DNA of 62,383 nt, filler included, from Sarea resinae (GCA_026026165.1; 2 parts of 2 records of this genome joined end to end with filler, not necessarily neighbours in it), one strand, 5' to 3'. Counted from the first letter of the whole stretch, positions 47,918 through 61,682 are shown. Program-made: numbers and translations. The notes: generated by a model not told the origin, from the letters alone.

Positions 47918-50900
47918 GAGTTATATGCATCAAATTCCAGCAGAGATGCTGGTGATAGAGAGCGACACGAGGTTTTGATGCCGCATGGGAGTTCGCGATT
48001 TTGGGGAGAGAGGCCAACATGGAAGCTATACTTCGTACAAGTGCAATAAACAAACGACTCTAGAAAGAGAGAAATGGCTCGCCGGGACACCCTCACGAAC
48101 AAGAGGGCAGAGTAGCAGTCTTCAAGGATTGATGGCAATATAGCGAACGTGCAGCTACTCTCACACCGACGACGAACTAAAGTATGGTACTATGGTATGC
48201 GCGAGGGTGTTCAGGGATCACGAACGCGAGTGATCGACAGCGGCTTAAGCTTCTCCGTTGGCTCCCTCCGCCTGGCAGTGAACCAGGTCGAAGACGGAAA
48301 ACCTCCGAACCTGGTTATCGCATCGTCAGAAAGCCCAAGGCCTCTCGTCCTCCTGGGGTCAAACAGGACGAGAATGAGAATGCCGAAAAGTCGTAAGCGA
48401 CTTGCGAGAAGTAGCTGATCGGCAGAGATCCGCACTGCTAGAAGACGCTATGATATGCGAGTACGAGGATTATGTACGAATACTTTGGCCAAAGTGAAGG
48501 GGATCGTGATTATTGTCGTGATAGCTTGATTGATCTAAATCCCTCGTGCTGCACCACTTGATCCCCGCAAACTCGTCGTATGGTGTCGCATGAGTCGAGC
48601 AGTAACCAATCTTGTAGATCGAGATGGCGACGGCGACGGCGACGGTGATGGTGATGGTAAATGCAATTTCAAGTATTTCGTACATCCATGTGTAAGCCCG
48701 TGCGCTCGAGAGAGAGATCTATCTGTTGATGGCGTTCTCGGCGACGATCCTCTCCGGTCATTGGACGAATTTACAGAAAGCGAGAAAGATCTGGCGTTCC
48801 GAAGACCCAAAGTGCGCCGATAGCCCGCGGATAGCCAGTCAAGAGACGAGCAGCCCCCGTTGATGCAGGAGAAGACTCTCCGCCTCTCAGCCTGGCTGAT
48901 CGCCGACGGTTCAGCAGAGCACCTGTCTGGAAAGGTGAAGATGCGAAGATGCAACCTATCAGATGTTGGATGCGTATCCAGATGCAGATGGCAGGGTATT
49001 CAGGAACGACAAGAAACGGGGACTCATACAAAAAGAGGCAGAACAGGGATGGGGGCAGTACGCAAATGGAGTTGGAGGGGCCTCGGGCTTCATGTACGGT
49101 GTATGGGAGTAGTGTATGTAAACAAGTCTGCGCCGTACGAGGACCCGACGGGGAACCAGGTTCGACGACAAAGCGCGACTGTTTCCTCCCAAGTCATGTA
49201 CCGTGAGCACAGTGCACGCTGCGCACATCACGCCAAGGTTTCCGTGCGTTGCATACCTGGAAACAGAAGTGGTGGCTGCCCACGGGGATGGCGTGGGACG
49301 GTGCCGCTGCGAGGATGGTGGGGAGGACAGATGACGCCCGCCGCCCGCCGCCCGCCGTCCGTTTGTACGCAGTACAGTACCGCCACTACTCATCGTATGA
49401 AGTACTGTCTGTCGTGTTTGCGGCAGGGCGCCGCCGCTGGAACTCGGAGCTGCTGCGGGTGCCGACTGTCAAGACGATCCCAGCAGCGGTATGGCACGAT
49501 GGCCATCATTGGTAGGCTTGACATCCTCGAAACCCTGAGGCTGGGGCCGTCGAAGCCGGCGCTGTTCGCGAGCAGCATACTGAAGTAGATCGAACCCTAC
49601 TGAACTAGATGATCAGTTGAGAGAAGATCAGCGCTGCGGACGGTGTGTCGATCAGCTCATTAACCCTGTCGTGCCAATGTGATTGAGCCGAGAACGTCCG
49701 TCGAGAGGGGACCAAGGAGAGCGACGGCCCTCGTACTCTATCTATCTCGAATGAGGACTCGCCCTCTGTACTGCGTAGTCTACCGAAGTCCGATCCCTTG
49801 CCACCAGGAAGGGCCGGATCGAACAGATCCAATGCCTACCGGACCTGCTCCGGAGTCCCTGCTCATCCTCTTCACAGCCATCAAGAACGGTCCTGTCCCC
49901 TTTCAGATGTGAAGAGAGAGGGCATCGGACGAGGATGATAAGAGAACCTTATTCTCTAGCAGAGACCAGGGTGAGCGGTTCAAGCAAAGCCACGATGCAC
50001 ATCAGTGCATTGGCCGGAGTGGGTGATCCTGTTGAGTGCTACGAGAGAGAGAGAGAGAGAGACAGAGAGGAGACCGGGAATGCCGCGCTTCTCGTGGCGG
50101 AGGGCTGAAACATTGTCCGCAGCACGCTGTGTGCCATGCCAGTCAGGCCTGTGGACGTCCTGAAACCATAGGAACGTGAGATGCGACGGGCGGGGGAGAC
50201 TGAGACCATGGCCACGCGCACTGTGCGACGTCCCAATAATGATGGAATGAAGCCAATCCCCAGGGTCCAGCTGAAGCCCTTGGAAGTGATGCCAATTGCT
50301 TGTCATACAGCCCTGAGCACTCCGCCAGGGCTCGGGGCAGATCGCCTAGGGACAAAGACTTGGCGGTGATCGTAGAGACTGCTCCTTCTGATTATTGCAG
50401 CCAAGGCGGCCACCAGCCCTTTACTGCAGCAATGTGATCAGGAAGCCTGGAGGGCAGTGGATAGGTAGGTTACCACTGGTCAGTGCAAGATGGCCGGCTT
50501 GGCCCACTGCTTTGATATCGAAAAGTATCCCTCACGACAAGAAGCCCCGGGGGCGATGGCCCATGCATCTACTACCTTACTGCGTAGGTTACCTGAGATA
50601 TCCTGATTTGGAATTCTACATTCTAGAGGAGCCCCTCAGAAAGGGCACCCGTACAAGAATTAATAGACAAAGGCCTTTACAGTATTATATCGAAGCAAAA
50701 GTAATCGCTGCGCTCGCATGATTGCGAAGAATGATTTAATCTGAACGGCGGACGAGACGGCACGGGTTGCCTGATGGATCCAGGCTTCCTCCAACGTCAA
50801 CTCAAGATATGCGGTCTAGACCAGCCCCTAGAAGTCTCGTTGCGGTTTAGGCCAACGTAGGTCTGCTCCTCAGAAGTACCGGCTCGAGAGAGTAGCGCAG

Positions 50901-53385
50901 AGAAATGTCGTCTCCGTGATCCATTAGAGTGGCCTAGTAGGGAGTACTATGGTCGGCATCGTGTGATAAAACCTTCGTTGCTAGGTGAAATACGGGTACC
51001 TCCTCAAACGAACTGAAAGATTCACAAGCACCGAGGAGAAGGAAGACGAGAAAGCAAGAATCAAATGCATCGAGAATGTCCAAATGCGAGCAGGGAGGGG
51101 CGCTGATCCGAACCCCATCGGTCGAGGGTGGAAAGGCGACGCGAGATGCCTTCCGCATACAGAATCTAGTCCGCCGTTTCCTGGTGTGAACAAGGGAACG
51201 AGGGCCACGGGAACGGATGTGTGAACGCAGAGTCATCCCGGGATTGAATCTTCAACGAGCGTCTTAGCACTGCGAGCTTGCCCCTCACGGTCTGTCAAAG
51301 GCTCCAAGCTCACCGCCAACTGTGATCCTTGTTGACATATCGTCGTTCTCTGCCCGCTCTCTGCCGAAGTGCCGAGTGCGGGCCCTCGAAGATCTTTCGT
51401 GTCTCCGCTTTTACCAACAACAATATCATTGAACGTTTCATGCTGAAGCCATCGAATGATCCAACAAACGTCACACGACTGTTGTCGAGAAAGAGCTGGA
51501 GATGAACGGCTATCGACTGATGATCAGATAGCAGCTCCCGTATCAAACCCACAGTAACCCGTAGCAGACGAAACCCTATATCTGGCACAATATGCCGATG
51601 CATACCATCCACTCTTCTCGCCTTCTCGCCATGTCGAGAAAGCGATCAACTCCCAGCATCAACGATGCAGACTCATCTACTTCGCACTCGGTACGTAGAG
51701 TCTGCTAGATTCGAGCATCGTGACGGCTGAGATGTCATCGCGCCACGACCAACTGATACAAACTTGAAGAGCACCTCGGGCTGCTAACCCTGACGCCGCA
51801 TGGCCCCCTCCTTAACCGTCTTCTGCGCCTTTAGCCCTGGCGCACGGGCCCAAGACTTGATTTTGCTTCCAGCCGTTGCGGCCATCAAACAAGGGTCTCT
51901 CGGGTCTCTACATAGTAGGGTCTGTACTTCATAGGGTCTCTCGCCTTGAGTCCCTGCCGCGAGGAGTCATCTACGCTACTCCATGTACGAAGTACTCTCT
52001 CTGACCATCAAGAGGTCCTGTCCGCAGTAGTGCTGCAAGACCCTTAGGCATCAGATCGGCCCATGACTAAAATGCATGCGTGCCGAGGGTCGCGCAGCCT
52101 TCCTGAGCGATAGCCGAAGACGTCAAAGCTCCTCGATCCACATATCCACATGTTCAACACGTTTGTACTCGGCACGAGGAAAGAAGGAATACGCCACTCT
52201 CAGTCGCCAAGGGCCCTTGCACCTGGCTCGGAGAGAGTGCGGTAAGGATGCTGAGATTTCTCCGCATCCCAATTGTCATATTGCCCGAAGCCGGTTCCTT
52301 TGCAGGAGTGTCCATACGAAGTCGTCGTAAAGCCTCGACTTCTGCATCGTGACGAAGATCCGTCCGTTTCCCGAGGAGGCCGGATAGATTGATATTGATT
52401 GCCCATGGGGTCGTCCATGGATCGATGGATGCATGGACTACTCGAGTAGAGGACGGAGGTAGAGTGTACGGAGTAGAATCTGCCAATTGCCCTCGTCCGC
52501 ACCACAAGTCACTGTGGATCAGAAGGCATTCCGCAGGGTTCATTGGCGTCCGCGAGATAGTGTGGCCCTTAGGTAACCTACGGTACCTTAGGTAGGAGAC
52601 AGAGAGGGTTTTGCGGGGAAGTTGGATCTGAAGCGAGGAAGCCGAGAGTCGACGGATCCCTGAATCTCGGGTCTCTCCAACTCGCGACACCCTGGACGGA
52701 TGCTGCAGCCCGAGGAAGTCGAGCTCCAGCTTGTCCACCAGAGGTCCACCAGAGGTCCACCGGTGGCCCCCCTCCGTCCGCGATATCTGAAGGACGAGTA
52801 CGGAGTAAAGCGATGGGCAAGAGTCCAAGCTCCAAGTTGGCATTCCCACGCATTCGGGGAAAGGTACTGGGTAGGTACCTGGGTAGGCAATCTACTGCCT
52901 ACCACCCATGGGTATAGGGACGTTACGTCGTCCTTCATACTCCGAGTACTCCGAGTCGAGTCGAGTAGAGTTGAGGTAGTCTCGAAATGGGAATTGCTAG
53001 GCACACTCGCCAAGGTCGATCCCCCTTCCTCCTTCACTGTCGGCTACCTGGACGGTACTCTTGGTGGTTGGTGTTAGTAGTTCCAGGTTGAACGGTTCAG
53101 ATCCGCTCGGCAACGAGGACCTATCCAGACCCTGGCTGGACCGTTCGACCAAAATCACTAATTCTCATCCATCCAGGGGTGAGGATTTGGTTTCTGCGAG
53201 GGGACGGGGAACCCCTCTCGAGGTCTACTTCATACTACCAAGTACCTGCTCCGGATGCTTGGGATACTCCAAGACCCCTTGAGACTAGAAGATATCCATC
53301 ACCACTCGACGCAGCCGACGCCGATCCAGGCCCATGCCGGTGGTATGAGCAAAGACTGGCCGGTGGAAGTGTCACCGTCTACACG

Positions 53386-54484
53386 ATGACCGAGTACGGC
53401 AATTACCAAAGCAAGTTGCCGTCTTCCTGTCGTTCGTATTATCGGTGTCGCCTCGTTCCTGCTCTGACAGCTGGATCTTCCCGGTCCAATACTCCGTATC
53501 GTCTGTCGCGGTCATGACGCTAAACCTTACTGATCGTGACCCCAATGACGGGTTTCATAGGCTACCAAGGCAGCGGTCGACACTTTGGCCAGCCTCCCGC
53601 AGCCTCTCAGGTGCGAGACGCACGCCTCCTCCACATTGACCGGCTGGTGCCCGGTGTCTTTGAAGCCAAGCACGTCCTGGATGTCGGCTGTAACGCCGGC
53701 GCTGTCGACGTCCAGCTAGGTAGGACTTCCCCCCGTCAGCCCGTCACTTGCTGTGGTGACCTTCAATCCCGTAGCCGGGCATGAGATTCCAATGGTGCAG
53801 GGCGAATGAGGTGATTGGTGGGCTGATGGCTGCGAACTAGCCCTAGAGTTTCAGGCCGCGTCTGTCACAGGCGTGGACATCGATCAACAGCTTGTCAGAC
53901 GGGCGCAGAGCCATCTTTCCTTCTGCTGGTCAAGGTCGAAACCGGGAAACACACCGGAGGCGGATTATTTTCCGGCTTCTGCTATCCTTGAGCTAGGCCA
54001 CCGGCCCTATCCGCCTGTCCGCCCCGCTCCATCTGATAATGTTCATGATCGGCACTCCGCCGCCGCAGCCGCGACACCACTATCACCATTTCCTCACAAC
54101 GTTGCTTTCTTCTGCGAAGACTGGGCGCTGTCCGCTTCGTCTTCTCCAAGCCAAGGCCGCTACGATGTCATTCTCGCCCTAAGTGTTATCAAGTGGATTC
54201 ACCTCGAGCACCTGGATGCGGGCCTTCGGGCGCTTTTCCGCAAGTTTGCGTCTGCACTCAATGGCGGAGGCTACTTGATCCTTGAATTACAGCCATGGTC
54301 ATCTTATGAGAAAGCCATTCATCCTAGAAAGGCGCCTCATTTTGCATCAAGTTTGAGGAAGTTGACGATTCGACCGGAGGATTTCGACAGCCTCCTAGGA
54401 GAGGAGGGCTTGAATCATGTCGTGACTTCTCTCGAGCTCCCGAGGAGCATTTGCATTTACCAGAAACCTGCAAACGTGACATGA
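53386..54484 (+). CDS. Bin3/MePCE-family RNA 5'-phosphate methyltransferase (Bmc1-like)
   Basis: YGNY N-terminal motif, D.RL, LDVGCNAG, GVDID, YDVILALSVIKWIHL, LILELQPWSSY. Introns 53411-53560 (GC-AG) and 53720-53840. Confidence 0.88.
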
Positions 54485-54781
54485 TTCGGCGAGGTAGCTA
54501 GCATGTATGCCAACAAAAGTACTACTGAGGAGACTGTCGAGATCTACACTACGACTGTCTGACTATGTATCCACATAGACACATTGGCCTCTGTCTGGTT
54601 CCTATCAGAAGACTTTGGGTACATGATATTGCAAAGCTTTGCTGTTGAGCTCTGCCCGGGATGCTCTGCTCTGCACAGCAGGACTGGAACTAGCCAGAGA
54701 AATGCAAGGTCAAACAATGATGCTGAAACCTGAGATGATAACCTGTTTAAAAACGCCCGAGGATCCTGAAACCCTTATTCT

Positions 54782-56139
54782 CTAACCATATTGCTCAATG
54801 AAGCTCACCTGACCATCTCTAAGTCTTTTACTGTCGTCATCATAGTCATCCCATAGATCCTTGAAATACTTGACCACCTCTAGCAGGTCCACTTCTTCCT
54901 TGTCGATGTTTGGTGCCTTGTTCTTGATTACCTTCTCGGTCGTGGTCAGAAAATGATAACCTTCATCAGGGTCGCCCAGCAGTCTCCGACTAAGAGCAAA
55001 CGCAATACCACTCTTGATGTGTCCCCCTCCGAATGCCACTCCAAACCACTCTTCTCCAAGCATCTTCCGCGACCTACTCTTGGCTCTCTGTTGCTTCTCT
55101 TCCTGTTCGCTTTTCGTTATCTGGACCTCCTTGGACTCCTGTTGGTAGAACAGACCAAGCTTGTGACATGCTTCTGGAATGCCGGCCATCGCTGCCTTCA
55201 GAAGATAAGTTTCATATTGAGGGTCCTCTTTGTCCATGAAGTAGGACATATTCAAATACGCCATTGGTTCATCCAGTGCGATTCCAATACTGAACGCTTC
55301 TTTGGCGCCCTCGTAGTCTTCATGGGCGAGCTTAAAGCGACCCAGCGACAGCCACGGCATGAAGTCGTCCGTTGGTATCAAGTAGCTATGAGAGTCGTCT
55401 TCCGGTAGCGGAACTGAGGCCGCCTGCTCATATAAAGGCCCTGCCAGTTTATCCTGCCCATTTGCCTCGTAGATCCTGCCTAGGAGCAGCATGGCGCGCG
55501 GATGGCCTTTGTGTGCCATATCAGTAACGTGAGCCTTTGCGTGCTTTAGTTCTGGATGTGTAAGCCCCTGATTCAATTTCAGGGCTTCGTTGACAAGTGT
55601 GAAAGAGGCGTGCGGTTCGTTGAGTTCAGATGCGCTGAGCACGAGCCGCATGGCTAAGCTCCTGATATCTTCTCGTGGCGAACGATTGAGAAGACGCGCC
55701 AGCACTGTGAGCGTCGAGGCTTCTATTCCGAAACCTATCGTGTTCGTGTCAGCAGATATATCTCCCAGCTAGAATAGCGAGATGCGCTGCAAAGTAGGGC
55801 AAACACACTATCGAGTAGCGCTTGGAGCTGTCTGCGGGACGGCGAGTTAGGGAGAGCATTGAATTCGGAGATGAGTGCCAGGGCTGCGTCCGGCGTCATC
55901 TCCAAGAACCCTTTCGTGTGAGCGTCCAGAAGGATGCTGACGTGGGGCCCGGCTGTGATCTTGCCCTTATGAGGAGGCGGTGCGGCTACGTTTCTCGGGC
56001 GGTTTCTGGGGTGGGGATTGGGGGCGCGCCGAGCTGAGACGGGGGCGGAAGAGCTGAATTGTTGGCGGAAGGCGCATGACAGGCAAATCTCTGGGCGAGG
56101 GACCCGAAGGGCTGTCCTCGCTAGAGATCTGTGCATCAT
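54782..56139 (-). CDS. Mitochondrial-presequence Sel1/TPR-like repeat protein (Mss2-like)
   Basis: Arg/Ser-rich presequence (RQQFSSSA). Intron 55808-55735. Helical repeats AMLLLGRIYE, YLLKAAMAGIPEACHKLG, EEWFGVA. Confidence 0.65.
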
Positions 56140-56423
56140 TATAATGGCTGTGCTGCGAGGGTTTTGGTGTTGATTGCTAGTAGAATTGAAGCTTTGAACT
56201 CGAAGTTGAGGATGTTGCAGGCGGATTTCACTAGTCGGCGAAACTATTATCCGCCTAGCTACCCGGCGGCAGGTACCTACACTGCCCGCGACATCTTGGC
56301 GGCCGCACGCACTTGGCCGGTCCTTAGTCATCACCACCGCGAGGAACTTATTATTTTTTGGACGGTCAGAAAGTCAACGCTATGAGCAGTTCTCGTACTT
56401 CCATTCGGTGGCCTACCGACCTC

Positions 56424-57912
56424 ATGTTCTCGAAATTCCTGCACACGACCCGATCCCTCTTTTCAAGCCAGACCGAAAGTGAGAAAGCCAACCATCTTTC
56501 TACTTCTGGCCTCACTGCGGCTGCAGATACCCATCGACGAGACGGACCTGTCGTGAAGTCTTCTTCAACCAATTCCAGCATGGTCACGACGAGGACCCGC
56601 AGTCAGGCCCTTGCGGCGGGGCTGACACCAAATGGTTCCCCAAAATCCCCACAGTCTGAGGCAAAGAAGAGGGAGACTGGTACGAATAGTTCGCCGGGCT
56701 CGGGATCACGCAAGAGGAGGCGAGTCGAGCTGGAAGAGACTGCGACTTCGTCACCCACCATGGGGCCCAAGTATACCACATCTTCGCGCAATAATGTGCT
56801 ACCGCTTCGTTCGAAAGATGGGGCGGCGTATGAGGAAGTCCAAGATAGTGACGAGGCAGCCTCTGGGTCTGAACATAGTACTATTCATGTGGTGGTAAAT
56901 CACATCCAGCACAATGGGACAGCTGAAACTGCGGAGGAGGGCCCTGCCGCTCAAAAACCAGAGCCGAATCAGAGTCTAGATGAGCTCATTGGGACTGCGG
57001 CAAAGAGCCACGCCAGTGGAAGCCCTTTGAGGCCGAGATCACGCAAAGGCGATGCCGAGCCGATCGTCACCAAGAATGTCGTGGGAAAGACAACACTCAA
57101 GGCGAAGCCGGTCCCAGTCGAGGACGAAATCAAGGCGACCCCGAAAAAGAATCACGTCCGATTCGGAAATGAGGATCCCCAAAGCTCTGCTACTTTACTG
57201 GGCGACGGGAATCCAGAATTGTCTATTAATGGCGCCGTGACCGACAACCAAGCAAAACATCACGAAGAGTATGGGAGTGACGAGGATGAGGATGAAGATG
57301 AGGCCCCTGAAGCTGTCACTTTGGCTGCAGGCATGGAGACGGCTCAGGCAAAAGCTACTGAAGCGGCCAAAGCTGCGCAAAGGTTTGTGGATGACACTTA
57401 GTCTTCTGGATCTTACTGACTGGGTATCTAGACAAGAGCAAGCAATCAAAAAGAAACGCCAAGAAAGAGATCTGCGGTTGAAACAACAGGCAGAAAGTTC
57501 CAAGCGTACCAAAAAAAGAAAACTCGAGAGCACTGAACCATCAAACGAAACTCCTCTCGATGTTACACCTGATGCCCCAATACCAAACATGACCAGTCGT
57601 TCTGCTCTCCCAGCTTTGCTACCAGATGAGCTCCTCGCAGCAGAACCCGTAATCCGACCACCAACTCCTGATGCCGAGCCTGGAAGCCGGAGAAGAAAGC
57701 AAAACCACAAGCTTTTTGCCACAGAAGAGAAGCCGCCCAAAGATGTACGCCGCGGCGGCGTCAATGTGCGGGTCTTAGAAGTGGGCCAAAACCGGCTTCC
57801 GCCGAAAGGGTCTAAGACTAGCAAGTCGATTAAGGAGTCCTGGCTCTCTGGGAGGGGGCGGCATGGGGTCGTAGAGCGGCGCAAGATGGGTGGCGGTTTT
57901 CTGCGGCATTGA
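56424..57912 (+). CDS. U3 snoRNA-associated protein (Bud21/Utp16-like)
   Basis: Acidic DEAPEAV tract. Intron 57383-57431. Basic KKKRQERD coil, LPALLPDELLAAEP, and C-terminal LPPK..K..WL.GR. Confidence 0.7.
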
Positions 57913-58329
57913 GTCCGTCGACCTGCATGAAAATATCGTCTCCCAACTTCGTCTGCGAAACAGCCGACGTAGATTCCAACGTCTAGGTCGACTTTCCTGA
58001 TCATCGGCGCGGTGGAGTGACGGCTCATTGTAGGGTTCACAGGGAGGAATGATCTCGTCCAGATTTTCTGTGAAGATGGACCTTCTCCTCGAGATTGGAG
58101 CGACCTCGTGGGTGCTGCGAATGCGACGCGTGTATTGGGAGATGGGAGTCTGTGGTGGCGTTCGCAGGGACGTTGGCCCGCTCGAACCATCGTCGTTCCA
58201 TTCCCAGCTCCTGTTTTCCCGATGTAGGAGCTCGTCCCATTCATGCGAACGATAAAGACCTTTACGAAGGTGGTGGGGATCTGGAATGCTTGATCTTCTG
58301 ATGGCCGTTTCATCGTTGGTTGCTCCCAT
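57775..58329 (-). CDS. Possible orphan protein overlapping the Bud21-like 3' end in antisense
   Basis: Open frame of 184 aa from the first ATG (58329), with protein-like RRRSIFTENL and RRLFRRRSW. No family recognised. Confidence 0.3.
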   Translation of the reverse strand: MGATNDETAIRRSSIPDPHHLRKGLYRSHEWDELLHRENRSWEWNDDGSSGPTSLRTPPQTPISQYTRRIRSTHEVAPISRRRSIFTENLDEIIPPCEPYNEPSLHRADDQESRPRRWNLRRLFRRRSWETIFSCRSTDSMPQKTATHLAPLYDPMPPPPREPGLLNRLASLRPFRRKPVLAHF

Positions 58330-59336
58330 GGTGGGTTCCGAAGGGTGGTGGGTTTGGTCTGAAGATGATATACTTGGTCCAAGGCTCGTTTCTGGAGAGC
58401 AGGAATGCGGTGGTTTTGATACCAAGGCGCTTGACACTGGGGAGCTCAAATTCGAGGAAAGCAGGCTTCAGGAGAACGACTTCCAGGAGCTTGGGTCGGA
58501 AAGAAGTCGAAGCGTTGGGGTCTCGACTTTGCTCTCGCTGCAGGAAAAGGGACGAGGAGGATCATGAGCAAGATGAAGCATCTTGTCGCACCGATTATGT
58601 CCCTTTTAGAAACGGGGAGACAGGCATCATAGGAGTAGAAACGTAAATAAAACTAAACCAAGTGTGGAGGGTAAAAGAAAGCACCTTTCCTTGGTCGTGC
58701 TGGAAAAGACTGTATGCATGCCATGGCTCGATTTCCATCGCGTCCGAGTCTGACTCCTACGGCGTGGTAGTTGGACCATCGCAAGTGCAGACAGAGAGGT
58801 GTCGAGATGTGGTATGTGAGAGCCTCATTCTCTCATCCAGGGCAAGCTTGCAACATACATATTACCCGATTCGGAATTGGACGAGAGTGGAAATCGCTTC
58901 TACGATGAGTACGCAGTGCTCTCGGCCGCGGCCATGAATGGCTTAGTGCGTGGTTTAAAAGTCGTCACCTCGTCATAAATCATCGGGGCGGTACCTACAC
59001 GACGGTAGCGATAGTCTCCTGCTGTGTCTTCTTTTGTCTTCACCATGACTTGATCCTTTTGCTGCACCAAAGATCCTTGACGCTCAACCTTCCCCTTTTC
59101 CCTTTTCGTTTGAGATCTCGTCTTGCCCTGATAGCCCCGGAGTCACTCAATTGCCTCTGCATTCTACATCTCGACCATTCAATATCGACATGTTGGCTTC
59201 CACGGTGCTGCATTGGGCTCTGTAGCTGTAGCTTCAAGCTCTTCTCCTCCGCCACTTTCCAGATTCCATTTCGATCAATTGCCTGTGGGAATTCAGAATT
59301 GAGACCTGCAATTGAACCAATCGAATTACTCTCATC

Positions 59337-61031
59337 ATGTCGACCTCTACCACGGCCACGGAAAGTACACCTCTCATTAGCCCGCCTTTGAGCAGTCAAA
59401 CCGGCGTGTCTGGTAACACGACATCGGCGCCACCAACGAAGGCTGCCCGGACTGTAACCTTCAGTCCTTACACCACCATCAGCTCTCCTGAAAATGCAAC
59501 GACGACTTCATCGAGGCGGCCGCCGGTTTCCGATCTGAGTTTCGCCTCAAGTCATGGCAAGCAGCCTATGCTTTCAGCGCTGAATTCGAAGATCCGAAGA
59601 AGGAACAGCTATGGCTCGCCTCTAACGGCGCCAGCAGGCTTCCAGTCGCAAGGGAAGATTGGACCTCAACGGACAACGAAGACAGCACAAAAGCTCAAAC
59701 TCTTGCCGAATCCTGACATTGGTGAAGATGGGCCGGATGAAGAGAGCGGACGAGATGTCTATTCACAGTTCACCCGCATCAAGGACCCAACGGCAAGAAG
59801 TCATGCCGCGAGATTGGGAAAGGCAGACAGAGATAGATTGCCGAGGGTCACTGCGTATTGTACGGCGAATGCCTACAAGACAGAGGGTTTGATGCGCTTT
59901 TTGAAGGGGAGAGGAAAGATGAGAGGAGCTGTCCCTAAACTATTCGATGAATGCATCTACACTCCGTATCATTACGAAGACACGAAGACTGAAGACGATA
60001 GCCCACCTCAAGGACAACAACCGATCGGCGGAAGGAGATACTCTGACAGTGCGGTTGAGGTTGAGGACAACAAGCAGCAGCGACGGGAAGAACTCATAAA
60101 TCTTCACAGCGATGGCGCCGAGACGGCTATGAACGGCGAGAATTCGGCGGTCGATGACTCGGCCATAGAGGTGCAGCAGGGAGATGAACAACAGCACAGA
60201 GAAGACAGCTTGGATTTCGACACGCAGGTGCACACGCCCGAGATATTCCTCTTCGCCTACGGCGCTGTGGTGATTTGGGGTATGACGAAGCAGCAAGAAG
60301 CTCGCTTTCTCCGAGAAATATCCAAGTTCGAGATGGAGAAACTGAGCGAAGATGATGTACAGACGGAAGACTTCAACTTCTACTACACGCGCGACTATCA
60401 AGCTCGCATCTATAACGATTTTATCAGTTTGCGCGATAAGAAGAACTACATGACGAAATTGGCCATCAGCCATGCTCTGGCTCAAAGCGTCAAGGTAGGA
60501 TAGTCTGACGAATATTCCAGACTACAATGGCTGATAAGGACGAAAAACCAGGTATCGCTTTTTGAAGACCTCGTAGACAACACCATAGAAGCCACCAAGG
60601 ACCTCCCCGAACAGATCGCGCAAACCGGCAAAGTCAACCTCACGAGTCGGCAGATCAACATGCAGATTGGCGAGCTCTTCATCCTGCGCATCAACATCCA
60701 CCTGCAGGGCTCCGTGCTCGACTCGCCCGAACTCATGTGGGCGGAGCCGCAACTCGAGCCCGTGTATCTGGCCGTGCGGAGTTACCTCGAGATGGACCAG
60801 CGGGTGGGGCTATTGACGGAACGGCTGGATGTCATTGGCGATCTGCTGGCTGTGTTGAAGGATCAACTCACTCATACGCATGGCGAGTATCTGGAGTGGA
60901 TCGGTATGATTTTCCATCTCTGCAATTTAATTTGGGTGGCTAACGGGAGCTGTGCAGTCATCGTCCTCATTGCGGCCGAGATCATCGTCGCCGTCGTGAA
61001 TATCGTCGTCGATCTTTACGCCGGCGTCTGA
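59337..61031 (+). CDS. RMD1: Rmd1/Sif2-family DUF155 protein
   Basis: LPRVTAYCTA, FAYGAVVIWG, IYNDFISL, ISHALAQSVK|, VLDSPELMW, YLEMDQRV, LEWI|VIVLI. Introns 60495-60551 and 60904-60957. Confidence 0.93.
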
Positions 61032-61649
61032 TGAACGAGCGCGCACCTCATCCGTTTTCGCTGTGAGAGATCCCTCCAGCCTCGATTACCAGCCTTTCTT
61101 CCTCTGTATCAACCCACACCTACACTTTCTCACCACCAGAGAGCTTGCTTCTTTAATCGCGTTATTTCGGAGTCTAGCCCAGGTAGTCTGTCAATATCTC
61201 TTCTTTCTGGTGTACTCTAGTCTGTCCTGCGATATTAGCGCCGCTGCGGGTTCCATCCATGCACCCATCCATCCATTCATCCATTCATCCATCCATCCCT
61301 CCCATCTCGTACATTATTTCCATTCTTCACTCCATGTTTTCCCACCAGAATATATATATCTCTCCTTTCCTTCTGTACCCCGCCTCCACACGGCCGGATC
61401 TCGAAAATGTAATTAAACGGGGGTGCTCCAAAGCGGGGAGTTGATCTGACGCGAAAAAAAAAACCAAAAGAAGACTGAAACGGAAATGGAAACGGAAACG
61501 AAGGAGAAACGCGGGTCAAGTAAGAAAGAAAGAAAGAAAGAAGGAAAAGCAAAGGAGAAAAGGAAAGGGAGTAGATATGGGTTTTGAAAAAAAAAAATTG
61601 AGAGCTTTATAAGATTCTACATTCCTGGTATTACTACATGCCTGCCTGC

Positions 61650-61682
<33 letters not shown>

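Noticed and set aside
48860..49588. 242-aa ORF upstream of the velvet gene
   Set aside because: Arg/Cys/Trp-rich random-like composition and no recognisable domain.
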